Shown: positions 1-12,972, numbered from the whole stretch's first letter. The stretch: 61,183 bases of DNA, filler included, from Rhabdomonas costata (GCA_019059605.1; 16 parts of 16 records of this genome joined end to end with filler, not necessarily neighbours in it), one strand, 5' to 3'. Made by a program: numbers and translations. Notes: a model not told the origin generated them from the letters alone.

Positions 1-112
1 GACAGTAAGACATCGCTTCTGAGCTTAAATCTCAGTACATCGGTCATTAACTTGGGTTCACGAAAGAGACTCGAGCGTGTCCCTCCCCTGCGAGGGGATC
101 ACGGGGGGCTAC

Positions 113-276
113 CCTTTGTCTCATGCTCGGCCTTCTTCATGGCCTCGTTGGCCTTCATGTCGTTGTCCTTGAGGAAGTCCTCAAACTTCCGTATGGTCTC
201 CTCAAGCTGCTCCTCCTGTGCCTTGACCCGCTTCTCGGCCCGCTCGGCCTCCTCCTCTAGCTTCCGGATCTCATGG
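113..276 (-). CDS. CFAP100: Internal exon of CFAP100/CCDC37 (DUF4200 coiled-coil ciliary protein), partial
   Basis: tgcag| acceptor before 276 and |gtagcc donor after 113. Translation HEIRKLEEEAERAEKRVKAQEEQLEETIRKFEDFLKDNDMKANEAMKKAEHETK matches the EIRKLEE...F(D/E)xFLKEND...EAxKKAE pattern of CFAP100-type DUF4200 proteins. Confidence 0.7.
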
Positions 277-2037
277 CTGCATCCCCACCCAACCCGAAGG
301 CAACATGCGTGTGTGATCACGTCACGTGCTCTGTGCTCTGTGCTGGGCAGGATGAGTGCGTGGTTGTCTGAAGGAGAACGAAAAAACGAGCATCTAGATC
401 GAGATTTGGACAGCAGTGTGGCGCATGAGCGGTCCAAGGAAACAGCGGAAGGGGAAGAAGTGAAGTCACCGGAAGAGGGGAAGCATGCCGGTCGGGTGGA
501 AGGCGGTCGCGGGGATGGGGCGGACATCGTGCGGGACAACTGATTAACCACTCTCCCCAATTTGGGACAAGCAAGCTGTCCTTCACTGCCACAATAGATT
601 GGTACATACATGCCCTCGAAATGGGCAAGTAGTGGTATTTACTGCAAGGGGGCTCGGCTCCGGTGGCTTCGCCATTTAAATTACAGAATCAAGTGCAGAA
701 TCGGCAAAATCAAATTCAGGGGAGCACCGCGGAGATGGACAGACGGATGCCTGGATGCGTTGCGTGAGCTTCGGTGCCGTTGGAAGCCTGTCCTGGGAGA
801 CGGGCGAACACGTGGAATGGGGTGTTGTGCGGGGAGGAACAGGTGATCTGGCTCAAAGTCTGATGCCGGATTTCGATGCAGTTGCAACGTAAGCGTATAT
901 GTGTGGGCTCGGCACCGCTTCGTGGAGAGGGCCATTCGGGTCAATCCCATCTCCCTCTTCTTCGCAATGAAGTCCTTCCATACATCACGCCATCGGCCAC
1001 TGCCGGCCCAGCCAGTGGCCGGGCTGCGGCTTTATCCCTCATCCCTCATTCAAACCTCATCCCTGGAAAGGTGTCTCCTAACACCGCACTGACACCTGAG
1101 TTTTTTAATGGGATTACTTGTGGGAGATGGGGAGAGCGCGAGACAAAATGCCCTTTTCGGGGTCACTTCCTTTTCTTTCGACCATATTTTGCATTCGCGT
1201 TCACACACGCTCGCAGCCGCTTGCCCACCTCTGACATCCAGCGATGCTACATCTGCTACCTGTGTCGATTAATGACGATTTTGCGTGCTGCCCACATCTC
1301 GAGGTCCTTTGTACCCAAAAACGTTAAATTCTTTGAGAAGCTGGTCGGGGCGGCGGAGACATGAGATGTAGAAATGTCACCAAGTGTGTTGACACCGAAA
1401 ACGGATGCAAGGGAAGTTGCCCAGAGAAATCTGATTTGTGGAAAGTAGCGCTCTCTTGTCTTGCAACTTCCGCCCGTCCTGTTTTCAATTTGACATGAGA
1501 GTTGCTGCCCATCTCGCGGCTCTGTTTTCTGGCAACTCGAGTTAACAAGTGTAGCAAACATCCAAGCATGTTTTCTTACCTGCGGCATGTTGCCGAAGCG
1601 AAAATGCTGTCTTATGGATGCTTATCATGTGTTTATGTCTGTTTATTTCTGGATAATTTTTTTCGGTGGGCGCAAAACGTCTGACATCGCTGAACGGCTA
1701 TTTTTTTCAAACAAAGTTACAAAAAGTGGAATTTTTGAACGTTGAACTTGAGAGTTAATTTTTATGCCCCTCCCCCAGTGAGTCGTATCAGCTCATGCTC
1801 CCGTCTATGCTGCGGCTTCGGCGTTCGCCCTAAACTTAGCATGTCCCTCTTGTGTGATAGTATCGAGAAAAAAAATAGTATGGAAAAAGATGTTTAACGC
1901 TCTCTCACACGCCACCATCTTAAATACATTTGTCCTTATCTGTGAGCTCATGAGTTTTGATAACGCAGCCCCAAAGCTCTCTTGATGAGCCTTTCAACGC
2001 CTCATAGCGGTGCCTTTTGTTGGTTGCTCCTCGACCA

Positions 2038-2816
2038 ATGGTTGTGGATGCCCTTGCCTCGAGTGCATCCTGTGGCGTGAAAGCTGCAGTGGCTGCGCTT
2101 CCAGACGACTGCCTACGGAGTGTCTTTTGCTTTGTAATATCCCATCAATCCGTGTGCTTAGTGTGCCCGCGGTGGGCACGCTTCACCACCACAGGTTTGT
2201 GCTTATCAGCCCTGAGAACAGCGAGGGTATTCTGAGCACCAAGCAGTGGCATGTCTTGTTGAGTCCAGCTCCTCTGCGAGTTAAGGTGCATCTCTCCCGT
2301 GATCTCTCCAGGAAAGCTGCGACGGAGCTTCTGAGAACACTGGCGTCTCGCCCTACCCCTTTTCAGTCGCTGGTAGTGGAGAGGTTTCCTTCCGATGTGG
2401 ACGTGGACTTCTGCTGTGCCATCGGTGCGCTTGGGGGCGTCCTGCGGTGCACTTCCCTCGCGTTGGATTTTGACGCTCCTCTCCACAACGATAGCTTTGA
2501 AGAGGAATGCTGCCCTTCCGAGGAGACCTGGGTGCAGCTGCTGAGGGTTCTTAGCTCAGCCGGACTTCAGCACTTTAGCCTGAAGCTCGGCACAGCTAAG
2601 CTGACGATGGGATGCTCACCAGTTTTAAAAGAAATTGCAGCACGGGTTCCTTGCACGCTTGGAGTAAAAATTGACCTTGTGAGCGTTATATTGGATGACG
2701 AGGTGCATGAATTGCTGAAGCTCTTGCAATCCCGAGGAGCGGAAGTGGTGTTCTTGCCCAATGCACAGTCTGATTTGGATTTTGACTGGACTTGTGGGGG
2801 CTTGTACTGCACTTAA
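2038..2816 (+). CDS. F-box protein, 2 exons (2038-2194, 2269-2816), 234 aa
   Basis: Exon 1 encodes LPDDCLRSVFCFVISHQSVCLVCPRWARF (F-box signature). A 74-nt GT-AG intron (2195-2268, phase 1) joins it in frame to the long ORF ending in TAA at 2816. The C-terminal part is leucine-rich. Confidence 0.65.
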
Positions 2817-3733
2817 TGACGTTTTGTGGTTCCTGCATCGATCAAGAGTTCGTATCAGCAGCTTTACTTTGTGGGAGTCCTAGCCATTTATCTCAACGCA
2901 GGGAGGCGTGGTCTCTCAGCCATCTTTTGTATTGAATTGTATTTGATTTGGGGAGGAGATCACGAGATGTATGATTTGGGGGATGTGATTTTGCCGTGAT
3001 GTGCATCTCCCTCAGATTATGTGTATCGCACTCTGACCCCAAAAAACCCTGGACTATGTCAGGACAGCACCGGGCACATTTTTGCACTTCACTTTGTTTT
3101 TAGTGCCTATCTTCAGATTTCCTTAGTTTGAAACTAATTGCTCTTTTGAGCCCTGGTGGCATGTTGGTAGGTGGGGGGTGTTGGGGAACGTGGATGGGCT
3201 GGAGGAAAATATTCCTAATGGGGCGAAGGGCGTCTCGTTGTGGAATGCTTGTCGAACTGGATCCTGGCGATGGGTGCGGGTAGTCCGAGATGTTGGCAGC
3301 TGTAACATCTGTAACATGCAGTAACGGCCACTGCCTCTCTCTCTCCTTGCAGGGATACGAGCGCTTTAAACACCCCTTTCGTTTTTAATTGAGGAGACAG
3401 AGGGAGGGAAGGAGGATGCCCCTGCACAGGAAATATGAAGACATTTCCTTTGTAATCGCAGGAACAAAACGAAATTCCAGCGTCACGGTGCAGAGCAAAG
3501 AAGGATGTGAAAAACGAAAAGGACCATGAAAGGATCATGTGAATGTCCGAATAAGGAGAGGGAAAGGCAAGCTTCTCGTGGATACACGATAGAACTCCTC
3601 GATCAATCAATGAGAAGGGAGGTTAGAAAATGCATGTGTTCGCGATTGCTGTGCGCGCTGTGACCCAGAGGGGGCCCAGTAAATTGGAGAACGCTACATG
3701 GTAGCTACAAAAGACTTGGTTTATCAGTGAAGA

Positions 3734-3833
3734 NNNNNNNNNNNNNNNNNNNNNNNNNNNNNNNNNNNNNNNNNNNNTTAATTAATTAANNNNNNNNNNN
3801 NNNNNNNNNNNNNNNNNNNNNNNNNNNNNNNNN
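3734..3833. other. Artificial contig linker (44N-TTAATTAATTAA-44N), first of 15. The others start at 7565, 11399, 15230, 19062, 23006, 26830, 30654, 34480, 38303, 42119, 45937, 49750, 53561 and 57373.
   Basis: Identical 100-nt spacer with stops in all six frames, recurring about every 3.8 kb. Confidence 0.98.
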
Positions 3834-4039
3834 GGTGGGTGGTTCGCAGGTGACCATTTTCGTTTCGAATAGATTCAGTAAAAAAAGGGCATTCCCGGCG
3901 TAATTAGCTGACTGCATCGAGCCGCTATTACTTCCACCGCGCATCCAAAGAAAAGCTCCGGGAGAATCAGAATTGCAACAATGCGGCCCCCTCAATATTC
4001 ATGTAACAGGGGAGAACAGCTTGAGTATCGGACCTCGGC

Positions 4040-7030
4040 TCGAGACGGGGACCCGCAGCAGCTCCGCAGGGTCAGGAAAAGGCGAAGCAGCACAAGCAGC
4101 CCGGGCCAGTCCACAGACTCCTTCAGGTGACGGCTCAGCTTTTCCTGAAATACAGGACAAGGAAACCCAGACTGGCAGGTTTAGAGTAGTCTGAACTGGC
4201 GCTCAACGTTGGGTCAGCAGCGCAATGGTTTACAAAGAAGGGGAAACCGCGCAAAGGCGAGCACCCACCAGAACGAGAGCGAGAAAGGGAGACAGTAGAG
4301 AGGGGAGGGAGAGGCCTGGAGATAGAGCTGGGCGTCCCCAAGCACGGCGCTGATGACGGCATCGCCGCGGCTCTGGGGGCTCAGAACGGCTGGGGCGGCG
4401 GCAGAGGATGCGGAAGCGCTGCCCCAGCACCACGCCCCGCCCAGAAAGAACTCTACTGAGAACTCCGCCTCTTGCACTGCGGTATTGAAGTACAGCACGG
4501 CCATCCTGGGGGCACCCACGCCCAAAAGCCCACATCTAACCCCTCACCCCCACCCCAATTCCGCAACCGTTACCATACCGCTCTCCCCAAATTTCTCACC
4601 ATCACTATCACTAACTTCGTCAGTACCAATGCAACTGCAAGAGAGGGGGAGAAAGGGGGTTGGGAAACATTACCTACTTTCAAAAAAACCACATGTCAAT
4701 TATATACGCAAATGAAGAAGCCTTGTAGCTGGACGTCACCAAGGAGGAAGGCAGGATGGGCACAGGATGGGCGCGCATGGCACGCCTCGTGCTTGTGCCT
4801 CTATGCATTTGCTCATGAACAAGCACGGAACTAGATCAGCACCATATTTTCATTCTGCTTTGCAGTTCGCGAATGAAAATACGCCAGAACCAAAGCCAGC
4901 GTACAGACAAGGGCTGGACACGTAGGTGGTGGGTCGAAAGAGAGAGTATGAACACATTTGCTTGCCAGCTTGCTTGCTTGTGAGTGAGTGATCACAGAGC
5001 AGTGCAGTTAGTGCATTTGAGGGACACATACTGCGTAAAGATCTCCGTGAAGGTTGTCAGGGCTGTGGTGGCGACCACCGCCGCAGGGTCCAGGACAAGG
5101 CGGCATCTCTGCTCGTCGCGGCTCAGGCCCTGCAGCAGTCTCATCCTGGACTGCAGAGCTGTGACCCACGGAAGGGCACAATGCCACATTGACACGGACA
5201 CGCAGAAACCAGCAGACCCGGAAAGCAGCAGCACTAAAGGTTCTGAACAATAAAACAGCCCCCCCCCCCCATTTTCCAATCTGATGAGCTTTCGGTTCCT
5301 CGGTGGTGGGGATCTTCCAAAAATCGCGTCGATCCCAGCAACTGCACGATAAAAAACAATTACACAGACAGATAGACAGAGACACACACACATTTTTCGC
5401 GCACAAGGCATGGTTTTGGTGGGGACTTTTCTTCCTCCAGTGGACTTTTGAATACTCTCCCGCTGCCGCACACAAAGCGAGACCATGCCGCGTCATTTTG
5501 ACAGGAAATTATGAAATCGCGACATATACAGAACCAGGAAAGAGAGGGAAAGAATAAGAGAGCAGGCGGGGCCACACTTCCGAGGGGCAGTCCGCTGCTG
5601 CCCCGGCGGAACTCCCGCGCCTTCTTCGGATACAGCAGCTGCTCTGTGACGAAGACAAGAAGAGTCCAATTCGCGCATTGCCCTCCTGGCTGCCCCCCCT
5701 GCACCCTCAAACCCCTCAAATCCCTCACTCGCTCAGTGTCATTTCGAGAGGATTCGCCACCTCACCACGTCATATGACCTTACGAACGCGTTATTCTTTC
5801 AGCAAGCCCCTCCCCTCCACCCGTCCCTCACGTGGACCGTACTTGTCAGTTTAATAATGGATCAAAGAATGAGGGGGCGGGGGGTCCCACGTAGTGAATT
5901 GAACGCAGAAAAATTGACGCGGAAGAACCACACTCGCCGGATGGGGCGGTGCATATGAAGTGTGTATGCACAGGGACCCCACCGCATATGAGGGGTGTTT
6001 GCAAACGTTTCGCTCCACCCCACAGTGCCACTTTCAGGTAAGTTACTTTCCGAAACTTAGAGTTTAGCACATGTATGTTACGAGCTTCCAAGTAAAGTTC
6101 TGAAACGCTCCAATTGCAGATGGGCTTCCGCAGGCGCACACGTTTTTATTTTTTCTGGCGAAGGATCCAGCGCGCGCAAAAAGCTCGCACGCCTTTGCTC
6201 ACCAGGAGCTCCAGCTTTGTGGGCTGGTGCAAGGAGGCGGCGAGTCCCTACCCCGCAAAGGGTGCACATTTTCAAAAGAAATCCAACAAACGAACGAAGC
6301 CCACACGTTAATGCAAACACTACATGCTGAATCACATTTTAAGCGTTAATCAGAGAATTTGATGGGATTGTCAAGCAGCCCCAAGCCTTACACAACGCCT
6401 GCGCTCTGCAACCCGTTGCAGCCTAAAAAAGGAGAATACTGATGGGTTGTCATGCCGAAGTGAAAGAGTTTGAGAGTGAGAGAATGTGCAACGGAATGAA
6501 GCAACACACTTGGCTGTGACTCAGTGGTGATGACCTCCAGACCTTTCTCAGCTGTGCCACGTAAGCCTTTGACATCCTATCCACGTACTGCGCCTGAAGC
6601 TGCCACACAGAAAAAACCTCGCGAATCATAAATCCAATCAAAACTAACACTAGAAGAAACCAACCGGCCGGTGGTGCACACAAAAGTCAGGGTGGGTCTG
6701 CGGTTTTCTTTGTGAACTTGTGTAACGACTTGAAAAATATGCTAAAATTCACGGCAAAACAAATCCACGGCATGTGAGTACAGCTTTCGTGTGCCTTCCA
6801 AGGTCGTGGGGATATGCCAAGGGCTGGGGAATGGATTCATAGCTCGTGTAAGGAGCATAGCTTGTCCAATCCCCGCAGACCTCGCGAGCCAAGGGCTCGG
6901 AATGAGTCTGGAGGAAGTCAAAGCAGAACCGGTACCGCGCCAGCACGTTTTGCTGAAGGATGCGGACATTGGTTTGCGGCTGCCCCATGGGCTCCAGCTT
7001 GAGATCCAAAAAGCTGCGCACCTTGCCAAC
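4040..7030 (-). CDS. Probable multi-exon gene fragment, possibly a membrane protein; product unknown
   Basis: Several GC-rich open segments flanked by minus-strand pyrimidine tracts, including a hydrophobic helix plus helical tail (FLLVLVLIGFMIREVFSVWQLQAQYVDRMSKAYVAQLRK, ~6535-6660). Exon boundaries are not resolved. Confidence 0.3.
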
Positions 7031-8811
7031 CTCCTGCACCGCCCCCGCCCCAGTCACCCAGCCAACTATAGGACGGAGGCTATAAGTTCCAGTCTCAGAT
7101 TTTTGAGGTGCAAACCCAACTGCCGCCGGAAGTGAGTGGGGACGGAACCCCCCCCCCAAAAAAGTGGTCTTTAGCCGCAGAACAACGGGACAAGAATGAC
7201 TGCGGAAAATACAGTAATTGCCGGTGAAGCGTAGGGTAATTGGTGAATGACCGGGACGACGTTCTGGGTAACCCGTGGTTATACTCTGAAGCAACCGGTG
7301 GACCCTTGCATCCGCCCTGCCTCTTCTCGAAATCTCGAAGATCCGACATCAGCACCTCATTCCTTGAAAAACACACCATTCAACGGTCAAAAAGGCAGAA
7401 AACTTGCCATTTGGACCCTGGGGCCTCGCTAGAGTCTTATCCCTATGCACAGGGCGACAACACCCAGAAATCCGCCATTCCAACCCTCTCCCCTACCCAG
7501 GCTACCCTACACATACCCTACTCCAACACAGCCATCCCAACCCCACCCAACCACACCCACCACANNNNNNNNNNNNNNNNNNNNNNNNNNNNNNNNNNNN
7601 NNNNNNNNTTAATTAATTAANNNNNNNNNNNNNNNNNNNNNNNNNNNNNNNNNNNNNNNNNNNNGGTGTTGTGGAAATCATCACCATTTTACACCCGATA
7701 ATGTCAAAAACTGGGGTCCGTTTGGCCCTCCCCCCCCCCGATAGCACAATAAGGGTGACAAAGTCGATTTTGGGGCGTTACATTTCGAACCAGAGTCGAA
7801 AGAGGAGTGATTTTGCCTTCATCATCGTATTTAGTCGACCACGCCGAGAAATGGCACTTCCGACCAGTGTGGGCCACCCAACAGCACATTAAAAGGTTCA
7901 GGTTCGGTACACAGCAGGGATACCCAGGGTCAAAATTTTTGACCGTCCGGTTTTGATTTATTTTGTTCCGGAATGCAAAAAAACTGGTTGGGCATCTCCT
8001 GCGTGACGTTTTGTCCTCTACTACCTCATTCTATGCGCTATGGAACGGATTATGGATGCACCCCCCTACACACACAAAGGCCAGCATACAGCGGCAAAAT
8101 ATGCCGGCACATGGCAAAAAACCCCATGTTGACAGAATTGGAGGACCTGCTCGTAAAAGGTGGTTCCTGTTTTAGGCTGCAGAAATGCAATAAGGACCTC
8201 CGAAGCCTTGGTATTTCAATTTTAAATCCAAAAAAGCCGAAAATATGGCCACCAAAGCCCTGCTTGGGGCTGTTTTGGTTGTCCTGGCTTGCTTCACAGG
8301 TTCCAAAGAATCGCCCCCCCCCTCCCACGGAAGTGTGTTTCTCCCTGATTCAGGATCGACAGATGGGAAATTTTGGGTTTTCAAGAAATGTTTTCACGTC
8401 GAGTTATGACCCATCTCTCCACGTGGCAGCCTAAGTTTCTCAAAGGTCCGACGATAAACGATGCTTCTGTTCTGACTTTGTGCTTGCATTGCAACAGCAG
8501 AAAAGAAGCCGCTCCATGGAAGCAACCCCAGTGTTGTGGTCGCAGGAAAGCCAGAAGTATCAACCCACGATAAGAGTTCTAACTTTAGCTAAATCAAAGT
8601 CGGTACCACTTTGCTGCAATGTTTTGCAAAACTTTCTGTGACAAATCGATATGTGAACCCACACGTCATGAAGAAAAAAATGAGCTGAACACAAACATCG
8701 CCACATCGTGCTTCAACTCTCCACCCCCATAACACAAAACCCGGTAACCCTTTCTAGCACGCATCCCTTCCTGGTACCTGACGCGGTATCAGAACATCTC
8801 TCCACCGAAGA

Positions 8812-9533
8812 TGTCATGGCGCACCCCAACTCCCGGACATGTGTCCCGTCCTGGTTTGCCCATGATAATAAGTAAGAGAGTAAGAGAGAGAGTGTGTGTG
8901 TGTGGTTGGTAAATTTGGAATTAGCAGTGGAATTGCTACGGCCTGTAGGCGGACCATTTCACCCCATGTCACCCCTCCGAGTTTGGAGGTGATGCAGAAG
9001 ACCCCGCCAACACGAATTAGTCCCAAAAAACGGCGGATTCCTCAGGAAATGTGAAGCTCCAGGCGCGCGAGCAAGTGAGGTTGTTAAGTGGAATGCGGTT
9101 TATTCCCCTTCCAAGTGTATCGGATCGAAGCAAACGCGGTCAAGTCCACTTCGATGGGAGGTGTGGCGCGCGGTCGGGATTTTGGCGAATTAAGACGAGT
9201 TGCGGAGCGCATGTGGTTAAGTCCCCTTCGGAGGAGTTTGAGAAGCTACCTAGAGGGTTTGAAGGAGTGGCAGGTTGCGACAGAGAGTCGTCGACCAAGA
9301 TTCCACAGGCTTGGGCAGATTCAAGGAGTAATTGCGGCCAGGCTCTTCCCAGCCCTCGGCTAAAGCAAGGCCAACCAGGTGAAAAGAAAGTCTCCCCTCA
9401 CCTAGGTGAGTTTACAGCGCTCACAAAGCGAAATCTTTGTCGGGAGGACCACTGAGGGAAGCGTATCGAGTGGGCTACGCGCGTAAGTCGAAAGAGTCAC
9501 GTAATTGTTCCGAACACGCAGTGCCGTATGACA
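8812..9533 (+). mobile_element. Putative 5' LTR (~722 bp) of an LTR retrotransposon
   Basis: Begins TGTCATggcGCAC and ends GTGCcgtATGACA (imperfect terminal inverted repeat, TG...CA), followed after 2 nt by a PBS. Confidence 0.65.
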
Positions 9534-9535
9534 GG

Positions 9536-9549
9536 TGGTAGCAGAGGAT
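9536..9549 (+). promoter_or_regulatory. Primer-binding site complementary to the 3' end of initiator tRNA-Met
   Basis: TGGTAGCAGAGGAT immediately after the ...TGACA LTR end; the TGGTA(G/T)CAGAG pattern is the standard tRNA-iMet PBS. Confidence 0.7.
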
Positions 9550-9677
9550 TTGAATTCAGGGGTGGTGAAGTTTTGGTTTATGGCTACGACTGACAGGTGG
9601 TCGCAGAGTTTATTCTATGTGTTGTTGGTTAGGCGCACTGACATTTATTCCAGTGGGAAAAGTTTGATTTTGTTTTT

Positions 9678-11398
9678 TTGAGAAAAAAATTACCAATCCG
9701 GGACACAGCCAGCCCCACAGAGTGGGCACATGTACAGTCCAAGAGATGGCGACTGTACTTCCGGTTCCACCGGTGGGTACGGCGCGAAGCCCATTGTGCT
9801 AGAGAATTGCTGGTGAAGTTGGCAGAGGCCTTGCAATTGATGAATCAGAATCAGGTGGCGACAATTCAAGTGATGAAAAGAGCTCTTGAAAAGTTGAAAG
9901 AGAGTACGAACCCATAGGGTGCACGTCGAGATACAGTAGAACTGATGAAATTGCAGGAAGTGGACCCAGAGTTCCCACCCTACGATGGTAACCCGGAGAA
10001 TCATGCTGTTGATAATCACGGTGGAGGAGAAAAAGATGAACCTGCGTCTTCCTGACCAGGGTTAAATCACCTTTGCGCTCGGAGCGATGGGACCGCACGC
10101 CAGAGGCACAGTGAGGGACGTTAAGGCGTTTGAGACGCGGGAAGAGTTTGTAGCTTGCTTGAAGACAGGTTCTGTGTGGACACATTTGAGTACAACATTT
10201 TGTGTAGATTAGATAAGCTGAGAGTTGACAGCTAATAATCTGACAGTTTTTTCGTGTCTAAATTCACACTGGGAGCCAAACTACTGAGAGGTTGTCATTT
10301 GTTTTACGACTTACACCTGACTTACCTTTTCATTCAATGGTTTGAGGCAGACATGAAGGCTGAGATGATGACGAAAACGCTGTTTAGTTTGCAAGAAAAC
10401 GTTGACGCAGCCTGTGAGTTCCACAGGAAACCCAGAGCACCACCTAAGATTATTGTGGTCGACAGCGACAGCGACAGCGACAGCGAAACCGACAGGAATG
10501 GAGCTGGATGAGATGCGGCAACTCGCCGTTTGGAGTGGCGCGGTACTTTGACCAAAAACCCGCTGGAATCAAATCACACTGTTCAGAGAGTGCTGTGGTG
10601 GTCAGTGCAAGCTCGAGTGGTCTGAGTGGGATGTCGGTTGACGTAGGTTAGGACTACATGACGTCAGGAACATTTCTTGGGGCGATCGCGTAGCCGCCCA
10701 GAGGGGTGCTGTATGAGGAACTTGCAGAGGCGCAAGCCAAAGCAGTTATGAACCAGTCACTTAATCCCCCATCTCCAATGACCAGAGTGCACCCCAAGTG
10801 GGGAATAATTTTGGGCAGAGGAAGAGGAGGATTCCACAGAACCGTTTCACCTGTTAGAGACGGGTGGTACATAGATCCAACTCGCAGAGGTCACTGGCGA
10901 CAACAAATGCCACTAGGTTTGATTGGAGAACCACGTTTGAACAATCACTGTTGAACGTCGCGGTGCAGCAACTGGTGGCGCTGAGGTGTTTTTACTGCGT
11001 GTCGCAAGGCCAATTCATGAAGGATTGCCCGGAAATCATGTCGAGAGCGGGGCAACCCGCACCAACAACATTTTCAAGAAGCACACTGCCCCCTTCAAGA
11101 AGGAAAACCCAAAATGAAAAGGTTTGGAAGCAGTTCGACTCGAACACCCGACATTGAGCCCAAGAGTATTCATCGATAGTTTGTTCCAGAGAGTGGTGGA
11201 AGTGTGTTTTCAGTCGAGCAAGAGGGAGAGTGTGGGAGCAATTTGGACTTGCCGTGGTTTTTGGATCAAGCTGTAGGCCAGAGATACAAGGAGTAATGTT
11301 GTGTGGTGAGCACGTTTGTCTGCAAGCAAGTGATGAAGGTGACCTGTAAGAAGAGCTGAGCACACAACATTACTCCTTGTATCTCTGGCCCACAACCC
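9678..11398 (+). pseudogene. Decayed gag region of the LTR retrotransposon
   Basis: Stop-interrupted gag-like segments (FPPYDGNPEN, ~9970-10000) and a mutated CCHC knuckle CFYCVSQGQFMKDCP (10987-11030, His replaced by Gln), downstream of the LTR and PBS. Confidence 0.6.
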
Positions 11399-11699
11399 NN
11401 NNNNNNNNNNNNNNNNNNNNNNNNNNNNNNNNNNNNNNNNNNTTAATTAATTAANNNNNNNNNNNNNNNNNNNNNNNNNNNNNNNNNNNNNNNNNNNNGT
11501 CAGGGTTGTCCTTTACATTGGTTACCCACCCGTGTCCGCCAAGCCCAAGCCCAAAGTCAGGGGGCCGAGGGACGCAGCGAGCGGTAGCCACTTCGGTGTC
11601 GTACATGCGCGAGAGGACCCGCCCAGGCCGAATGCAGATGCGACCAGGCGCGAGCAGCAGGGTGTGACGGAGAGGTACGGTAGACTGGCCATAACGTCG

Positions 11700-12866
11700 C
11701 CGGTCAAATTGTGTTTGGCGAGGGAGTCAGCGAGACGCTGTGAAGCTGCTGCCAGGGTTCCTCAGGGGCAGTCATGCTCAGCAGGGGTGTAACCTTCCAG
11801 GACGCGACGCGAGGTGAGCAGGGCAGCTTGGTGGGCTATTATTATCCACTATATCAGAGCCCGATGGTTTGACCAACCCATCACCCAGCATGACGCCGGT
11901 GTTGTCGGCTACCAGGCAGATAGACCTATGGCGCTCCCGCACCAGTTCCACGGCAGACGGGAGACGACCCAGCCACTCAGCGCTCCAGGAGGAGGCATCT
12001 TGAACCAACGTCGACGCGTAGGTGGCACAAAGGAAACCACGGTGAGTGACGAGCACGGCGGCAAACCCAACACGATACCCGTGACGGGACCCATCACTGA
12101 ACTGACCACTAGGAAGGGCCCCTCGTCATTGGCATCTGCGATTAGGAGACTGAGTGGATCACGGTGGGCGGCAGCGTCAGGGGTGGATCAAGAACAAGAT
12201 GGAGATGACGAGAGGGCACTATTCATGGAACAAGGTGATGCAGAGGCGTTAACCTTCACCAGGTGCGGCAGGCGGAGAAGACCTTTGGTGAGCTCCGGGT
12301 GTAGATACTATGACAGGTGGAGGCTTCTTTAGTCACGAGCAGCCGGCGATACCTGAGGCGCAGCACCAGGTCCGGATACCCAAGGCCACCGTAGCGCAGT
12401 GGGAGCGCAAGATAACACCGGAGAAACCAGGCCGGGAGGCCTAACACCGCACGGCAGATCCGTAGGGCACGAGCCCGCAATATGCGCTAAAACATGTAGG
12501 CGCCCACTCCCATGCTGTCCCCCTAGGGCGCCACCTTGAGACATTTGAGACGGTTTTGCTAGCCCAAATGGCGTTTGGAGATAGACTCGAAATGAGGAGT
12601 AGAACCAGTCCACCCAGTTTGCGCAGTTGATGAGCGGGAGCACGTCATGCAGCGCACCGGACAAGTCAGACCGATTAAGGTTACAAAAGGCATTGCTTTC
12701 GTCCCAATCGGCAACAAAAATACAGCCACACTATTGGGGCTACACACACATTGTGTAGCCCCAATATGCGACTGCCCAGCAGGTGAACAGCACCAGGTGG
12801 AGCGGAGTGACCTGCTTGCGGTAAGAAAACACCCAGGGATCTATCAGGGGTGAGACACCTAGACAC
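11700..12866 (-). mobile_element. Decayed, internally deleted non-LTR retrotransposon (RT + RNase H) upstream of the dynein exon, probably intronic
   Basis: In order on the minus strand: ADWDESNAFCNLNR (RT motif 3), SQGGALG/DSMG (QGD-like motif 4), LPLRYGGLGYPDL (post-RT motif), SDGSRHGYRVGFAAV...SAEWLG...LVADN (RNase H). Frameshifted, with no YADD motif. Confidence 0.7.
12732..12766. repeat. Perfect 15-bp inverted repeat with 5-nt loop
   Basis: tattggggctacaca-cacat-tgtgtagccccaata. Confidence 0.9.
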
Positions 12867-12972
12867 TCAGTGTCGTGAGGGTTTTGCATCTTCTTTTACA
12901 GCACATTGCAAAAGGTTTTCGAACGCTTGCATTCGAGCTTGTGTGTCACATTGATGCACCCTGTTCTTCCAG

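Noticed and set aside
4316..4360. AVLGDAQLYLQA as a histidine-kinase V.GD..RL.Q motif
   Set aside because: No H-box, N-box or G-box found in the neighbouring exons; too short to support.
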